64,000 nt of DNA from Puccinia triticina (taxonomy: Eukaryota). The stretch covers positions 4,092,001-4,156,000 of the forward strand of contig CP110439.1 in NCBI GenBank assembly GCA_026914245.1, given 5' to 3'. Below, in pieces: positions 1 through 12,029 of the stretch; the first letter of the stretch is position 1; the number at the start of each line of letters is the position of its first letter. The notes under the pieces were generated by a model. It was not told the origin of the DNA and did no database searches. It saw only the letters and a program-made list of their open reading frames with translations. Made by a program: the position numbers and the translations under genes.

Positions 1-231
1 AGTGATTGGATATGAGTGAGAAAAGAAGGGGAAAACACCCGGCTCGAGGCCCCCTAGCTCCCTGGGTATAAGGCGGGTACCGCTAGCGGTACCCGGTTAC
101 CCGCTGGTTTTGGAGACAAAACAGACACCAGACACCGCACCCGGCACTGCCCGGCGGGTGTCTGGCTGGTGCGAGCGGTACCCGCCTGCGGGTGCCGGGT
201 ACCCCCAAACGGGTACCAAATGCCATCTTTA
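1..231. mobile_element. Right end of a non-autonomous hAT-like element (truncated by the window start)
   Basis: GGTACCC/CCCG subterminal repeats end in TGCCATCTTTA (to 231), matching the TGCCATCCCTA terminus of the complete element at 34405-34912. Confidence 0.55.
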
Positions 232-1049
232 AATCCCTCCTCTGAATTCTGTGGACCTCTTCCCCTCCTTGGAGTTGAGGATCCCTCTGGGGCCTTGACT
301 TGAAGGAGGATAAGGTCCCTGTAATATAAAAGGGGGGGGATCTTTCCCCCCAGATTATTACACATACAAACCTGACTACCTTACTTTGAATTATAAGTGA
401 GTGGGGTTTTATTATAATCTACTGACCTTTTTTCCCTTACAGCTTCTATCCTCTTTGCATATTTTTCCTAGGTACAGGTGGGTGTTATGACACATGTATC
501 AGGACCCTGGTAAGCCCCTACTAGACAGCCTTAGGTAAAAAAATGTGAACTGATTTTTTTTGGCAAAAATGATAATTGCGTAGACCTGTGAATTTTTTTT
601 CAAATTGACGCTGCTTGGAATTTTTTTTTCTGTGACATACTGATGTACTGTGTTTCAATCTGGTCCTTTTTTCCAAGGGAAAAAATGACATACTTCCGTG
701 TTTTTTTTCAATTTGGTTTGTGCATACAGGGGCATAAGGGTGCAACATTTTCTTGGCTGCCCTCACTCTCCCTCACTTCACTCTGATTTCTTCCCTCCAC
801 CAAATCATAAGCATGGATGATGAAAAAACTAGCCAGAATATCCTCAAGATCCAGAGTTTCTGTCCATTTTCCACCCCAGGAAGCCCGTGCGCACAATGCC
901 AAATAACCTTCTCCTTCAGTGTCACTGCAGCAAAAAGGTCAAAATTACACTTGCTGGTGGTCGGCCCCACAATGCTGAGTGACATTGGAGTTCTGGTGAT
1001 CTGATTTGTTAAAATTGATGTATATTTTGTTCTGACTACTTCCAACGCT

Positions 1050-1380
1050 GCAACTACAATACATGTATTGGTATTTATCTGTATTGGATTGGTTTTGGTC
1101 CCAATACATTGTATCAGTATTGTATTGGTTGGCTGATCCAATCCAATACGGTGTATCAGGTCACCAATACAATCCAATACAGTCTGATACATGTGTATTG
1201 GGTTGCCAATACAGTCCCATATTCTGTGTATTGGTGGGATCTACACTGTATTGTTTGTTTCAATACAATACAGTGTATTGTATCTCTTTGTCAATACAAT
1301 ACATGGTATCAAATTTGTGTGTATCAAAAAAACAATACAATACACCGTATTGGCCAATACCCGGATTGTATTGGATGGTT
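1050..1380. repeat. CAATAC/GTATTG-rich degenerate repeat tract, probably the interior of a DNA transposon
   Basis: Many interspersed CAATAC and GTATTG motifs in both orientations; ends not resolved. Confidence 0.5.
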
Positions 1381-2709
1381 TCACCATTGCTACTTCCTTT
1401 CTCAAAATCTCATACACAGGCCCCTGCAAATCTCAGAAAGCTAGCTTAAATGCTGCATCGCGGAGGCAAATTGCCACAATATTGCTACAGGCTTTTGGAT
1501 CAAGAGGCATCTTACATTGGGGGCAAACTTGATTTGAATTGGAGGGGGGGGGGGGGGGGTGATTGTGTGCCTTCTTGCGCTCATTTACATGGCAAACTTG
1601 TATCTGACTATCATGCTTAATCCGGATAGAAAGCAGCTCAGTACCAGCTAACTTGCTGTTGCACTTATTGACAAGTTTCCCAGCCACTTTGTAGCTGAGA
1701 TCAATCCCTTTGTGGCAACAAATTTCCCAAGTTGCTAGAAATGGTGTCATTTCTGCCCAGTTTAATCTCTGTAGTTGTGCGGGGACAAAATTGGGCTGTG
1801 TCTGCCCAGTTTTGTTCCTCAGGCGGAGCTAGCATACACAAAAGCTACGCTAAAAGTTAGTGCAGCTTTTTTCCAAGCCAACACTATCCAGACAAAATTG
1901 TAGTGTTAGCAGCCGTAAAAAAACAACCGCTAGCACTAAGATAGCGCTACACAAGCGCTTTTTTCTATATTAGTAGTGTTAGCGGGAAAATCTGGCCACT
2001 AACACTAGCTCTGCCATAGCGTTGTGGTAGACGGAAAAGTGGAAAAATAAAAAGTTTTTTCTATGCCACATAATTACTCATAATAGGCCTCAAGATACCA
2101 TCAAATGGACCCCAGAAATGGATTCTACGGCCAATTTCACCCCTAGTCATCACTGGAAGCACCCCTGGACCCCCTCTAGTGTGGAAGTTACACCTCATGG
2201 ACACCTATCACACGGCCAGCCCCAGTAACCCAGCTGTCACCTGCTTCAACCCAAGTTTCACAGTAGTACCCATATACACATCACAGGATACAAACATGAA
2301 TCTCCCTGTCAGGCTACACTCATTACATATTAACTACATACACTCCTTTATATACATAGTATGACATCATTTACACTGTTTCTGCAGCCTCAGAGCCTGT
2401 GTAGACACTAATTACCCCTGTATGACAGCTCATGCAGTCTACTGTCACATTATGCATGTGTTAAAATATTCTGTTGTATATTCTGACATCATGTATGCAC
2501 CCCTGGCATGTTTAGAATGTTCTGTTGTATATTCTGACACCATCCATGCGCCCTTGGGGGGTCATGACATCATTTGTATCTACTCTCACCAGCTAAAATC
2601 CCTCACCCGGTTGTCTAGATTAGCTAAAACCCTAACCCACAAGCCCCTTTGGGGCTCCACTTTTGTCTATAAAAGGAGCTCTCTCTACCCACAGTGGCCT
2701 GCTCCCCAG

Positions 2710-3583
2710 TGTCAGCCTTAGAGTCATCACAGCTGACCTAAAGTCTGCCTTTATCTACTTATTACACATAAATTACTTTATATCTTTTCCATCTTAAGAG
2801 ATATCCTTGTTCTGACTTCATATTCTGTTTCCTCATGCAATTTTAACCCTAGTTACAACTTACCAATTCCTTGTAACTCTACTCCTTCCCTGAGTTCTTG
2901 AGTTGTGATGCGCATGCGCAGTTGTGACGTGTCAGCGCTACCAGGCGCGCCAAACCACATGTACATATGTAATTACATAAGCAAACTATGAAAATTTTCG
3001 AAGTCAGGATCCCCCTTGCCTGAGGAGGATCTACAGACTTCAGACAACCCAGAACCACGCCATAGATAACCCAGGATCACCCCACAAGAGGATACCACGC
3101 TCCCAGTACACCTACCGTCACAGGCGTCTAGGTTATTGACAGTAAGTATGCTCTTCATTTGAACCTTGATTATCCAGAGTGATTCTCTGTGTCTCTTGAT
3201 TGCTTCTCTTTATTGCTTTCACCTCAACCATTCTCAAGATCAAAGGTTACTCTGTTAATCCTAGACTCAGTCTAAAAATCAGAGCAGATTAGTATTACTA
3301 TTCTGTGTCCCCCCACCGTCTCCTTGGTGCGTGCGGAGGCTGTAGCCCTTGTTGGTCTGGCACAGCTGTCCTTATCACTTTTCCAGGTGATTCAAGTTGA
3401 CTTTTGAGGATCCTCCTATAAGGAGTAGATAGACCCCCTCCAGATCTTTATATTTCTCTTTCTCTTTCTCTTTCCTTCTCTTTCTCTCTTCCTCTCTGTT
3501 TGTAGTTCTTTATCCCAAGAAATACAATCAGTGTCCCCCATTTTTCTTGTGTCCTGTAGCCACTATAGAGGCTCAGGCTCACA
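2710..3583 (+). mobile_element. Solo LTR (family B)
   Basis: TGTCAGCC...GGCTCACA with 5-bp TSD CCCAG (2705-2709 and 3584-3588); homologous copy at 38102-38926. Confidence 0.9.
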
Positions 3584-3765
3584 CCCAGTTCCTCACCCAG
3601 AACTCACAAGTCACCCAACACTCATCCACACTCAAATCCTAAAACCCTTATAACAATAACTCAACCCTTATAACAATAATTCAAACCTTATAACAAAGTA
3701 ATCAAAACACTTGCAAATTGCCAGTCAAACATATTTCATCTGGAACAGACCAGACCTATCACTTA

Positions 3766-5409
3766 GGCCCCGTTTGGACGCCCGGTGTGATATGATAAAT
3801 TGCATCATAATATACATACCACCCAATGTGCAATCCAACTGTAATAAAGCCAATCAAGAAATGATTTGATTTATAACATGGCTGTTTGGCGCATCCACTC
3901 CAGAATAATGTTGGAGTCCATTTATAACAGGCTGTTTGGAGAGCAGACAGTATCATACATGTACACACACCTAGTACACATCTCGATGACCTGTTCAACT
4001 GGTTATCCGGAGGAGTAACACCCTCTCGATGACCGGTCATCTGGTCATCAAAAAGGACTTCACCTCTCAATGACCAGTCAACCGGTCATCAAAGAGGACC
4101 TAACCTCTGGATGAACGGTTCGGCCGGCCATCCAGAGGAGTTCACCTCTCGATGACTGGTTGATTGGTCATCAAGAGGTCAAGTCCTCTTTGATGAACGG
4201 TCCATCAAGAGCGTTCAGCTCTGACTGGCCATCCAGAGGAATTCAGCTCTTGATGACCGGTTGATTGGTCATCAAGAGCTGAACTCCTCTTTGATGAACG
4301 GTCCATCAGGAACATCTCTTGGTCCATCAAGAACGTTCACCTCTCTCGATGTCCAGTTGATCGGACATCGAGAGATGAACTCCTCTCAATGACCAGTCAA
4401 ACGGACATCGAGAGAGGTGAACTCCTCTCAATGACCGGTCAACCGGACATCAAGAGAGCTGAACTCCTCTTGATGACCGGTCAACTGGACATCGAGAGAG
4501 CTGAACTCCTCTCAATGACCGGTCGACCGGACATCGAGAGAGCTGAACTCCTCTCAATCATCCGGTCATCAAGAGGAGCCCACCTCTCAATGTCCGATCA
4601 CCCGGTCATTGAGAGCTGAACTCCTCTGGATGGCCGGTCGAACCGGTCATCTAGAGGAGTTCAGCTCCTGATGATTGGTTGAACCGGTCGTCCAGAGGGC
4701 TTCAGATCCTGATGACCAGTTGACCGTTCATCAAGAGCTGAACTCCTCTCAATGACCGGTCAACTGGTCATGAGGACACAACCTCTCGATGACCTGTTGA
4801 CTGGTCATTGAGAGGTGAAGCGGTTGACTGGCCATCAAAGAGGACACACCCTCTCAATGACCAGTCAACCAGACTCCCGAGGTTATGTCCTCTTTGATGA
4901 CCGGTTGACCAATCATCAAGAGGGTCTGTCCTCTTCAATGACCGGTTGGCCGGTCATCAAGAGGGTATGTCCTCTTCGATGACCGGTTGAACCGGTGATC
5001 ATTGAGAGGTGAAGTCCTCTGGATGGCTGGTCAGAACGGTCATCCAGAGGTTGTGTCTGGATGGCCGGTCAGAACGGTCATCCAGAGGTTGTGTCCTCTT
5101 CAATGATTGGTTGACCAGTCATCAAGAGGTTGTTTCCTTCTTGATGACCAGACGATCGGTCATCAAGAGGTGCAGCTTGATGACTGGGGGGTGAGTACAT
5201 ATGTAGTCACCAATATATCACCCGGAAATAGAGGTCCTGACCTCTATTTCCAAAATGGCGGGGGTGATATTTTTTTGGTGATGTGGGGTAATGCATTTTA
5301 CAATATCATTGGCAGCCCCAAACACCAAATAAACAGGTGTGATACCCCGGGCGCCCCCCGTTATAAATTGCCCGATTTATCATATTACATCACGCGGCCA
5401 AACGGGGCC
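3766..5409. mobile_element. Non-autonomous PIF/Harbinger element
   Basis: TIRs GGCCCCGTTTGG...CCAAACGGGGCC with TTA TSD. The empty site is visible in the family A LTR copy near 28745-28760. Confidence 0.9.
3980..5190. repeat. About 42-bp palindromic minisatellite (CCTCTCGATGACCGGT...ACCGGTCATCGAGAGG type)
   Basis: Tandem degenerate units; the 42-bp period is clearest at 4380-4560. Confidence 0.8.
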
Positions 5410-5481
5410 TTAATAAAACTTGCCAAGCTGAGCTTGGTGGGTCTTGTTGACTGATAACAGAAGGGCAGAGCTTGCAACTCC

Positions 5482-6288
5482 TGTTGGAATCCAAATAACC
5501 CTCTAAAGAGGAGTACCCCAGGTGAGTAGTACTCATGTACACTCACCACAAATCTCATATTGAATACTTATATTCATTATGTTAAAAACCAAAAACTGTG
5601 ACAGGTCCACTGTACAGTGCAAATAGCAAGAAGCTCTGCGCTGTTGCATCGGGTAATGACGCAACCAACGTCATTACTCAGAACTCAAACGATCTATCAT
5701 TGTTAAACTCCTTGTGAGTTGCAGATCTTCGCAACCCAGTTGGTCAAAGAGCGTACTGACTCTTTCTCCTTCTACAGACAAAACAACTCCGAAGATCGAG
5801 CAGAACAACTCGAACGAAGCAGTCATATACTTGCGATATCATCGTAAGTACTTTGACGCTTCTTCACTCTAGACTAACGGAACAATCAACTGATTGTTCT
5901 TGTTCTTATAACCAGTTCTACGAGTCTTGCCGACCGTATTACCTCGCCGTGCACCTGACTAAGTCAGAGTCAAACGAGAAAAGGATAACTTATCCGTAAT
6001 GCTCTTTTCTCACAAAACAATCTTCTATCGATACATTCGATGAACTTTTAACTGACAATCAAATGATTGACATTCCTGTTTACATTTACAAAACAGATAA
6101 AAATCTTATCGAAAGGAATTCTTTCTTAGCTCAAAAATCAGTTTAAAAGTCTTAATTATTGTTTGCAGGTTTAGTTACTGCCTTCAGGTAAAGATCAATC
6201 AACCTTATTATTATTGTATTCTTATTATTGTATTTACAAACTAAATACTCATTAAGAAATATAATCTTCAGTTTTATCAATTCTCACA
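5482..6288 (+). mobile_element. Solo LTR (family C)
   Basis: TGTTGG...CTCACA with 5-bp TSD ACTCC (5477-5481 and 6289-6293). Interrupts sequence that is contiguous at about 28815-28830. Confidence 0.85.
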
Positions 6289-6649
6289 ACTCCATCATAC
6301 CCTTCACCATTCAGCAAAAGGGTTTCATTACCACTTTTGAGTCTTACAGTGTAGCTTAAAAAAGCTGACACTACGCTACGCTAGCGCTAATGTTAGCATA
6401 GCTGGCCCACTGTTGGCATTATTTTGCACTCCAAAAAATTGGAGTGCACACTCCCTGTTATGAGCCGCGTTCACGCGCCGTGCGCTGCGCCGGGAGGACA
6501 TGTCACTCAATTGTACATACATGTCATGCGCCTCTGTTACTTAGAGGCGCCAGGGGGAGATCATTACAGTTTTCCCATCTAGCAATCTACATTCTAGCTA
6601 GGATCACCAGACCGCCTCCCAACCCCGACAGACCAACCATAACATATTG

Positions 6650-8228
6650 CTAACTTAACTAAGTCCCTCTCTTTGTGGAGGGGGGACGCCGTTGTGGAAC
6701 TCCGACCGGTGCTGGGCTGTCGGCAGTTACTTGAAGGGAAAAGTGCGCTGTGCGCTGCCTTCGCGGTGGTCCGGAAAAGAGATGAGGAATCGAGCATAGC
6801 GGAAGTTGGAGGGGGATTTGTTGAGAGACAACGAGGTGTAGATTCCCGTTGGCGGTAGTTTGTTGTTGGATGATCTGAAGAGGAAAGGAGTCCGGCGAAG
6901 AGGGCCGGAGGATGTGATCTAAAGAAGGGATTCGGGGAAAATGGGACTCAAGGTGCTGAGAGTTTGAACTCAGAAGACACACAGACTCAGAGAGGGATCA
7001 ATAAAATTAAGATTTGGGATGGATGATCTGAAAAGCCAAAAGAAAAGGGTTCAGAAAAAGTCTCATGCCGCTCCAAAGCCTGAGTTCAAGCTGAACTCAA
7101 ACCCTGGAGCTTGTGACATCTAACAGACAGCTCATCACAACCTAGTGCGCACGCGCGCTACACAAAACAAGACCAGAGACAGAAACAAAACAAAACAGAC
7201 AAAACAAAACAAAGACCAACCCTCCTCATCCAAATCTGTCCAAAGTGCGCAAAGTGAAAGAAGAAGATAACAAACATGATGAAAAGAAAAGAAAGCTGAC
7301 AGCAGAACAAAACCACCAACAGGGAAACAAGAGAAAAGAGGAGAAAGGAAGACCTGAAACGCCTTGAGGATGCACCACGCTGCGCCGTTGAACTTGAGGA
7401 AGCCTTGAGGGCTGGAAGCTTCGCCATAACTTTGATTGAGTCGCGGGACTCAATCAGATTACCTAATCAGAATTGATTGAGTCGTGGGACTCAATCAGAT
7501 TACCTAATCATATTTGATTGAGTCGCGGGACCCCATCTTTGGGTGTGGGTTCTAATCCCACTGTCTTCACCTCATTGAGTCGCAGGACCCAATCAAAGGA
7601 ATCTTGATCTTGCTGCTGTCATGACTGAAACTGGAAAATGACTGGAAACTGAATGCGACGCCGGTGCCACGAGTTTGGCCACCACACCGTCCCGCAGGGA
7701 CCCTCCGAAGGAGGGACTTATACACTAAGTGGACCCCATGGCCTGAGAGAATCAGGAACTTGGCCTTTTTCAATCATGTGTAGCTTCATCACATCACATT
7801 ATGTGATTGAGTTGTGTGGGAACAAAAGATGCAGAACATCAAGGAGAATCTTTCCACCTATTGTCCTATTTTTAGGGATATGTAATGACATTCAAATGTC
7901 TTTTTTTGCAACTTCATCTAGTTGGCTATATCCCATATCACACATGTTGCACTGTACAGAATCTGGAATCCATGATGTTACAACTCTGATTACAGCTCAA
8001 CAATAGGTGTTGAGGATGGGAAAAAATAGTAGCAAGATAGGGACAGCTTGGGCCATCCCAGAGATGTAAACAATTTCAAAAATGGTGCAGAGGCTCATGA
8101 GGGAGAGTGATTCTAAAAAAGTCCCCACCAAAAGTCATAGTTCTCTCAGGCCGCAGGGTCCACATAGCGCGTAAGTCCCTCCTTCGGAGGTCGCTTTGCT
8201 CCCCCAAGGAGGGAATTAGCTAAGTTAG
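6650..8228. mobile_element. Non-autonomous Mutator-like (MULE) DNA element
   Basis: TIRs CTAACTTAACTAAGTCCCTC / GAGGGAATTAGCTAAGTTAG (18 of 20 match) and a 9-bp TSD AACATATTG (6641-6649 and 8229-8237). Confidence 0.85.
7432..7600. repeat. About 41-bp tandem hairpin repeat inside the MULE
   Basis: TGATTGAGTCGCGGGACTCAATCAGATTACCTAATCA repeated, 3-4 partly degenerate copies. Confidence 0.75.
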
Positions 8229-8391
8229 AACATATTGCTAGATCTATACACGGGGGATGAGGCCAACAAAGAAAACCAAACCAACAAACAACAGAAGAAC
8301 GAAACAGAAAGATTACCAAACTAGAACCAAACCCAGACCACACAGAAACCAGAACAAACAAACCTGATCCGGACACAAGCAAACTCCCACA

Positions 8392-9401
8392 ATGGACAAC
8401 AATGCTGCAGCGCTACGTGCCCGGGTAGAGGAACTTGCAGCCTCCATCCAGGAAGAACAGAGCCTTCGACAACGAGCCAAGGCCAAACTCGCCGCGGCTA
8501 GGGCAGGCATGGTTGCCCCAGCAGTGGTGCCCATCCTCCCAGGACAACCACCAAATGCTCCACAAGCTCCAAACAACGCCCCTGCGAAAGGACCCAAAGT
8601 GGGCCTCCCGGACAAGTACAATGGCACAAAGGGGCCGAAGGCGGAGGTCTATGTGACCCAGATTGGCCTAACGTACTCTCCAATCCCCGAATGTTTCCCG
8701 ACAACCGTAGCAAAATCGTCTTCTCCATATCATATCTGACCGGCCAGGCTAGCGAATGGGCCCAACCTTTCACAACAAAGCTTTTCACCGGCCAACCAGG
8801 CTTGTACCTTGAATTCGCCACGGCGTTTCAAATGATGTATTACAACACTGAACAAAAATCAAAGGCGGAAAAATCACTGCGACAGCTGAAACAGACAAAA
8901 TCCGTGGCGCACTACACGTTCCAGTTCAAACAACACGCCTCAAACACCGGGTGGGAAATGTTGACCCTAATGAGCCAGTATCAGCAGGGGCTCAAGAAGG
9001 ACGTTCGAATGGCGCTTGTGATTGCGCAGGCTCAGTTCACCGCTCTGACCAATCTCAACAACCTGGCCCTGAAGATCAACAACAAAATCAATGGCCCCAA
9101 CCAGTATGCGGGCGACCCCAACCCTACCCAAGCCAACCCTAACGCCATGGATATTTCAGCAATGAGGGGAGCGCTATCAAGCTTGGACAGGACCACTATG
9201 ATGTGATCTGGGTTGTGCTTCCATTGTGGCAACAAGGGCCACATTGCACGGGGTTGTCCGAAGAAGGGGAAGAACAAGGCCAATGTCGATGCAAGGATTG
9301 CCGAGCTGGAGGACCAGGTCCAACACTTAACCATGAACAAAGGGACAAGTGGAGGAGCTGGGAGGGCGGACGAGTCAAAAAATAGCAATGCTTGGGTGTG
9401 A
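8392..9401 (+). pseudogene. gag: Gypsy gag (capsid plus CCHC zinc knuckle), disrupted
   Basis: Collinear with the intact gag at 61748-62755; frameshift near 8670, stop at 9204, CFHCGNKGHIARGC knuckle. Confidence 0.9.
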
Positions 9402-11042
9402 GGGTTGTGCCTCACCCAAGCAAGGAGGGCAATGTAGTAGTTAATGTTGATGATTTCATTACTCTAAATGAAATGGATAATTGGCTGTTTGTCAGAACCC
9501 CATTCCTCCCTCTACTACCCTCCTGTGCCACAACCACCCTGACCCAAACAAGATTTCTTATCAACTCTGGGGCCACCCATGATGTTGTGAGCAAAAAATT
9601 TGCGGCTAAAGCCGGTCTGAAGCTTACTCCAGCAAGGACGACAAAGACCATCTCAGGATTTGATGGATCCGTGAGCAAATCCTCCTTCAAGGTGACCTTA
9701 TTGCTGGACACAGAGACCAAACCCTTGACATTCATGGTACACGACTGAAGGATACTTAAGACAGGATCCTTGGCATGCCGTGGATCAGAAGACACGGCAA
9801 TAGGATCGACTGGCGTACGCGCTGTTTCAGACCCGTTTCACAGGAGATCGCCACTGCCAACGCGGTGTCGTCAGTTCCGAAAAAAACCTCGCAGGACGGG
9901 GAGGAGCCCGTAGTGAGGCACACTAGGACAACTGACAAGGGGGTGCGTGCTTTATGCCAATCAACACCCCCGCGATGTGAGTTATCTTCCGTATTCCCTA
10001 TTCCCTATTTCTCAGAAAGTGTAGGAGCATCTGGAAAGCGGATACCCTTTCTAGAACTTCTAGAACAGGGACCTACTGCCAAGGCATCATCAAGACCCAC
10101 CAAAACCGCAACCGCCAAGAAGAAGACCGCCACTGTCGAGGCGGTGTCGTCAGTTCTGAAAAAAACCTTGCAGGACGGGGAGGAGCCCGTAGTGAGGCAC
10201 GCTAGGAAAACTGACAAGGGGGTGCGTGCTTTATGCCGATCAACACCCCCGCAATGTGAGTCCCCAGCCGTTTCATTGTCATCTCAAGAGTTAGGAATTG
10301 TAGGGACAACTGGCAAGCGGGCACACTTTATAGGACATCCCCAGCAGAATTCACCAACGGAATCTACCCTTTTCAGCGCGGCAAAGACCTTGTGGTCTAC
10401 TTTGGCTAAGATAGCGGCGGAAGCTAAGGGTTCCTCACTGACAAAGACGGCGGAAGAGCTTGTACCGCGGAGATACCATGCGCACATTGGGATGTTCCAT
10501 AAATCAGAGGCGCAACAACTACTGCCTAGGCGCAAGTATGACTTCAGGGTTGAGCTTTTACCAGGAGCGCTTGCACAAGCCAGCCGGATAATACCCCTAT
10601 CACCGGCCAAAAACGAGGCACTTGACAAACTCATTCAGGAAGGACTAGAGAATGGCACGATACGCCGGACCACGTCACCATGGGCGGCACCAGTCCTGTT
10701 CACAGGGAAGAAGGACGGGAACTTGAGGCCATGTTTTGATTATAAAAAACTCAATGCGGTCACGGTTAAAAATAAGTACCCCTTACCTCTGACAATGGAA
10801 CTAGTGGACAGCCTACTCAATGCTGACAAATTCACAAAGCTCAACCTCAGGAATGTGCACGGAAACCTCCGAGTGGCAGAGGGCAACAAAGAGAAACTAG
10901 CATTTGTGTGCCGCGCAGGACAGTTTGCGCCATTGACCATGCCGTTTGATCCAACGGGAGCGCCTGGATTCTTTCAGTTTTTTATGCAGGACATACTGCT
11001 CAGGCGGATTGTGAAAGACATGGCGGCGTACCTTGAAGACAT
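9398..11042 (+). pseudogene. pol: Gypsy pol fragment (protease, linker, N-terminal RT), truncated by the Copia insertion
   Basis: FLINSGATH (decayed DSGA), [29 protein letters not shown]; homology stops at 11042. Confidence 0.9.
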
Positions 11043-11570
11043 TGTAAGAATTCTGACAACTAAGATACGATTTCATGTTAGAATAGCTTAGATCAAAACT
11101 ATATACAATGGCATATTGCCGCTATCTAAGTATAATGAGAAGATGAGGTGAAATAGCTAATCACCTAAGAGCAGGCCGGTTTGCCGTGCTTCTGAGCAGA
11201 GGAGAGAAAAAGGAAATTGAAAGGACACAAAGTCTTGAGAGAGGTTGAAGTAGGAAGGGATCAGCTTTGGACAAGAGTGCAGTCTGATGTCTGTGATGTT
11301 AACGCTACAAGTCAGCTAACTCGCTCAATGCTAATTGCATGATCTATCAAAGGAGGAGAGATATTCTACCTCTTGTAACGTGCACACTCATAGTGACGGT
11401 CTATGATCGCAACGAGTTGTTCTGGTTAAGGCTGTGGCTAAGAGACCGTCCTGGTTAGTCTCAATCATGTGACGGTCTAGCTATGAATGAAGTCTGCACT
11501 CACTCGTCCGTCAGCAGACTGATGCAAGAGTTGAGGCTGGCTGGGTGATTGGTTATTCTGTGGAACAAAG

Positions 11571-11682
11571 CACCAGGAAAAAAGAATGATCACTTGCCAA
11601 CAAGTGACATAGCAAAGTAGAAAGGGGCCTTTGTACTTTTTGATGTCACTTCCAGACAAGTGATCATTGTTTTTTCCTGGTG
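11571..11682. mobile_element. 112-bp CACCAGG-ended MITE (CACTA-like)
   Basis: TIRs CACCAGGAAAAAA...TTTTTTCCTGGTG of about 40 bp; 3-bp TSD AAG. Confidence 0.85.
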
Positions 11683-12029
11683 AAGAGCTATGCGGGCAAT
11701 GGAGCTGTTAGTCTAGTGCTTCTGTCCGTCTTAGTCTGCTGCTTAAGTACTCACGATTCCGAAGGTCTTGGAACCGTGCTTGCCTTGCTGTTGTGGCTTC
11801 TGTAGTCTGTGGCTTGCGTCCTAGGGGTGTTGCTGCTAGTAGCATCTGCTGTAGTCGCAATGAAACAACCCGAAGTTAGCTACCGTACTTGTGGCTTTGT
11901 TTGGAGGGATGAAAAATCTGTGCTTACATGTCTTTGCATCACAGTCTGTTTCTCCCCTGTACCTCTTTGCAGGTTGCGCATCATCTCCTGTATTCTGACA
12001 GGCTGGGTTGCCTTGAGCCACTAGGCTTG

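Larger units (their letters stand above)
2023..6348 (+). mobile_element. Solo LTR (family A) expanded by three nested insertions
   Basis: Starts TGTGGTAGACGGAAAAGTG and ends CCACTTTTGAGTCTTACA, as does the uninterrupted copy at 27709-28879. TATAAAAGGAG box near 2668. Flanked on both sides by TAGCGCTA-rich host sequence. Confidence 0.8.

Noticed and set aside
1063..1532. Overlapping small Tyr/Cys-rich ORFs
   Set aside because: Products of the CAATAC/GTATTG repeat tract.
9390..9421. Compensatory base change as proof of the frameshift stem
   Set aside because: The paired C-to-T and G-to-A changes are both at TCG/CGA sites and are explained equally well by repeat hypermutation.
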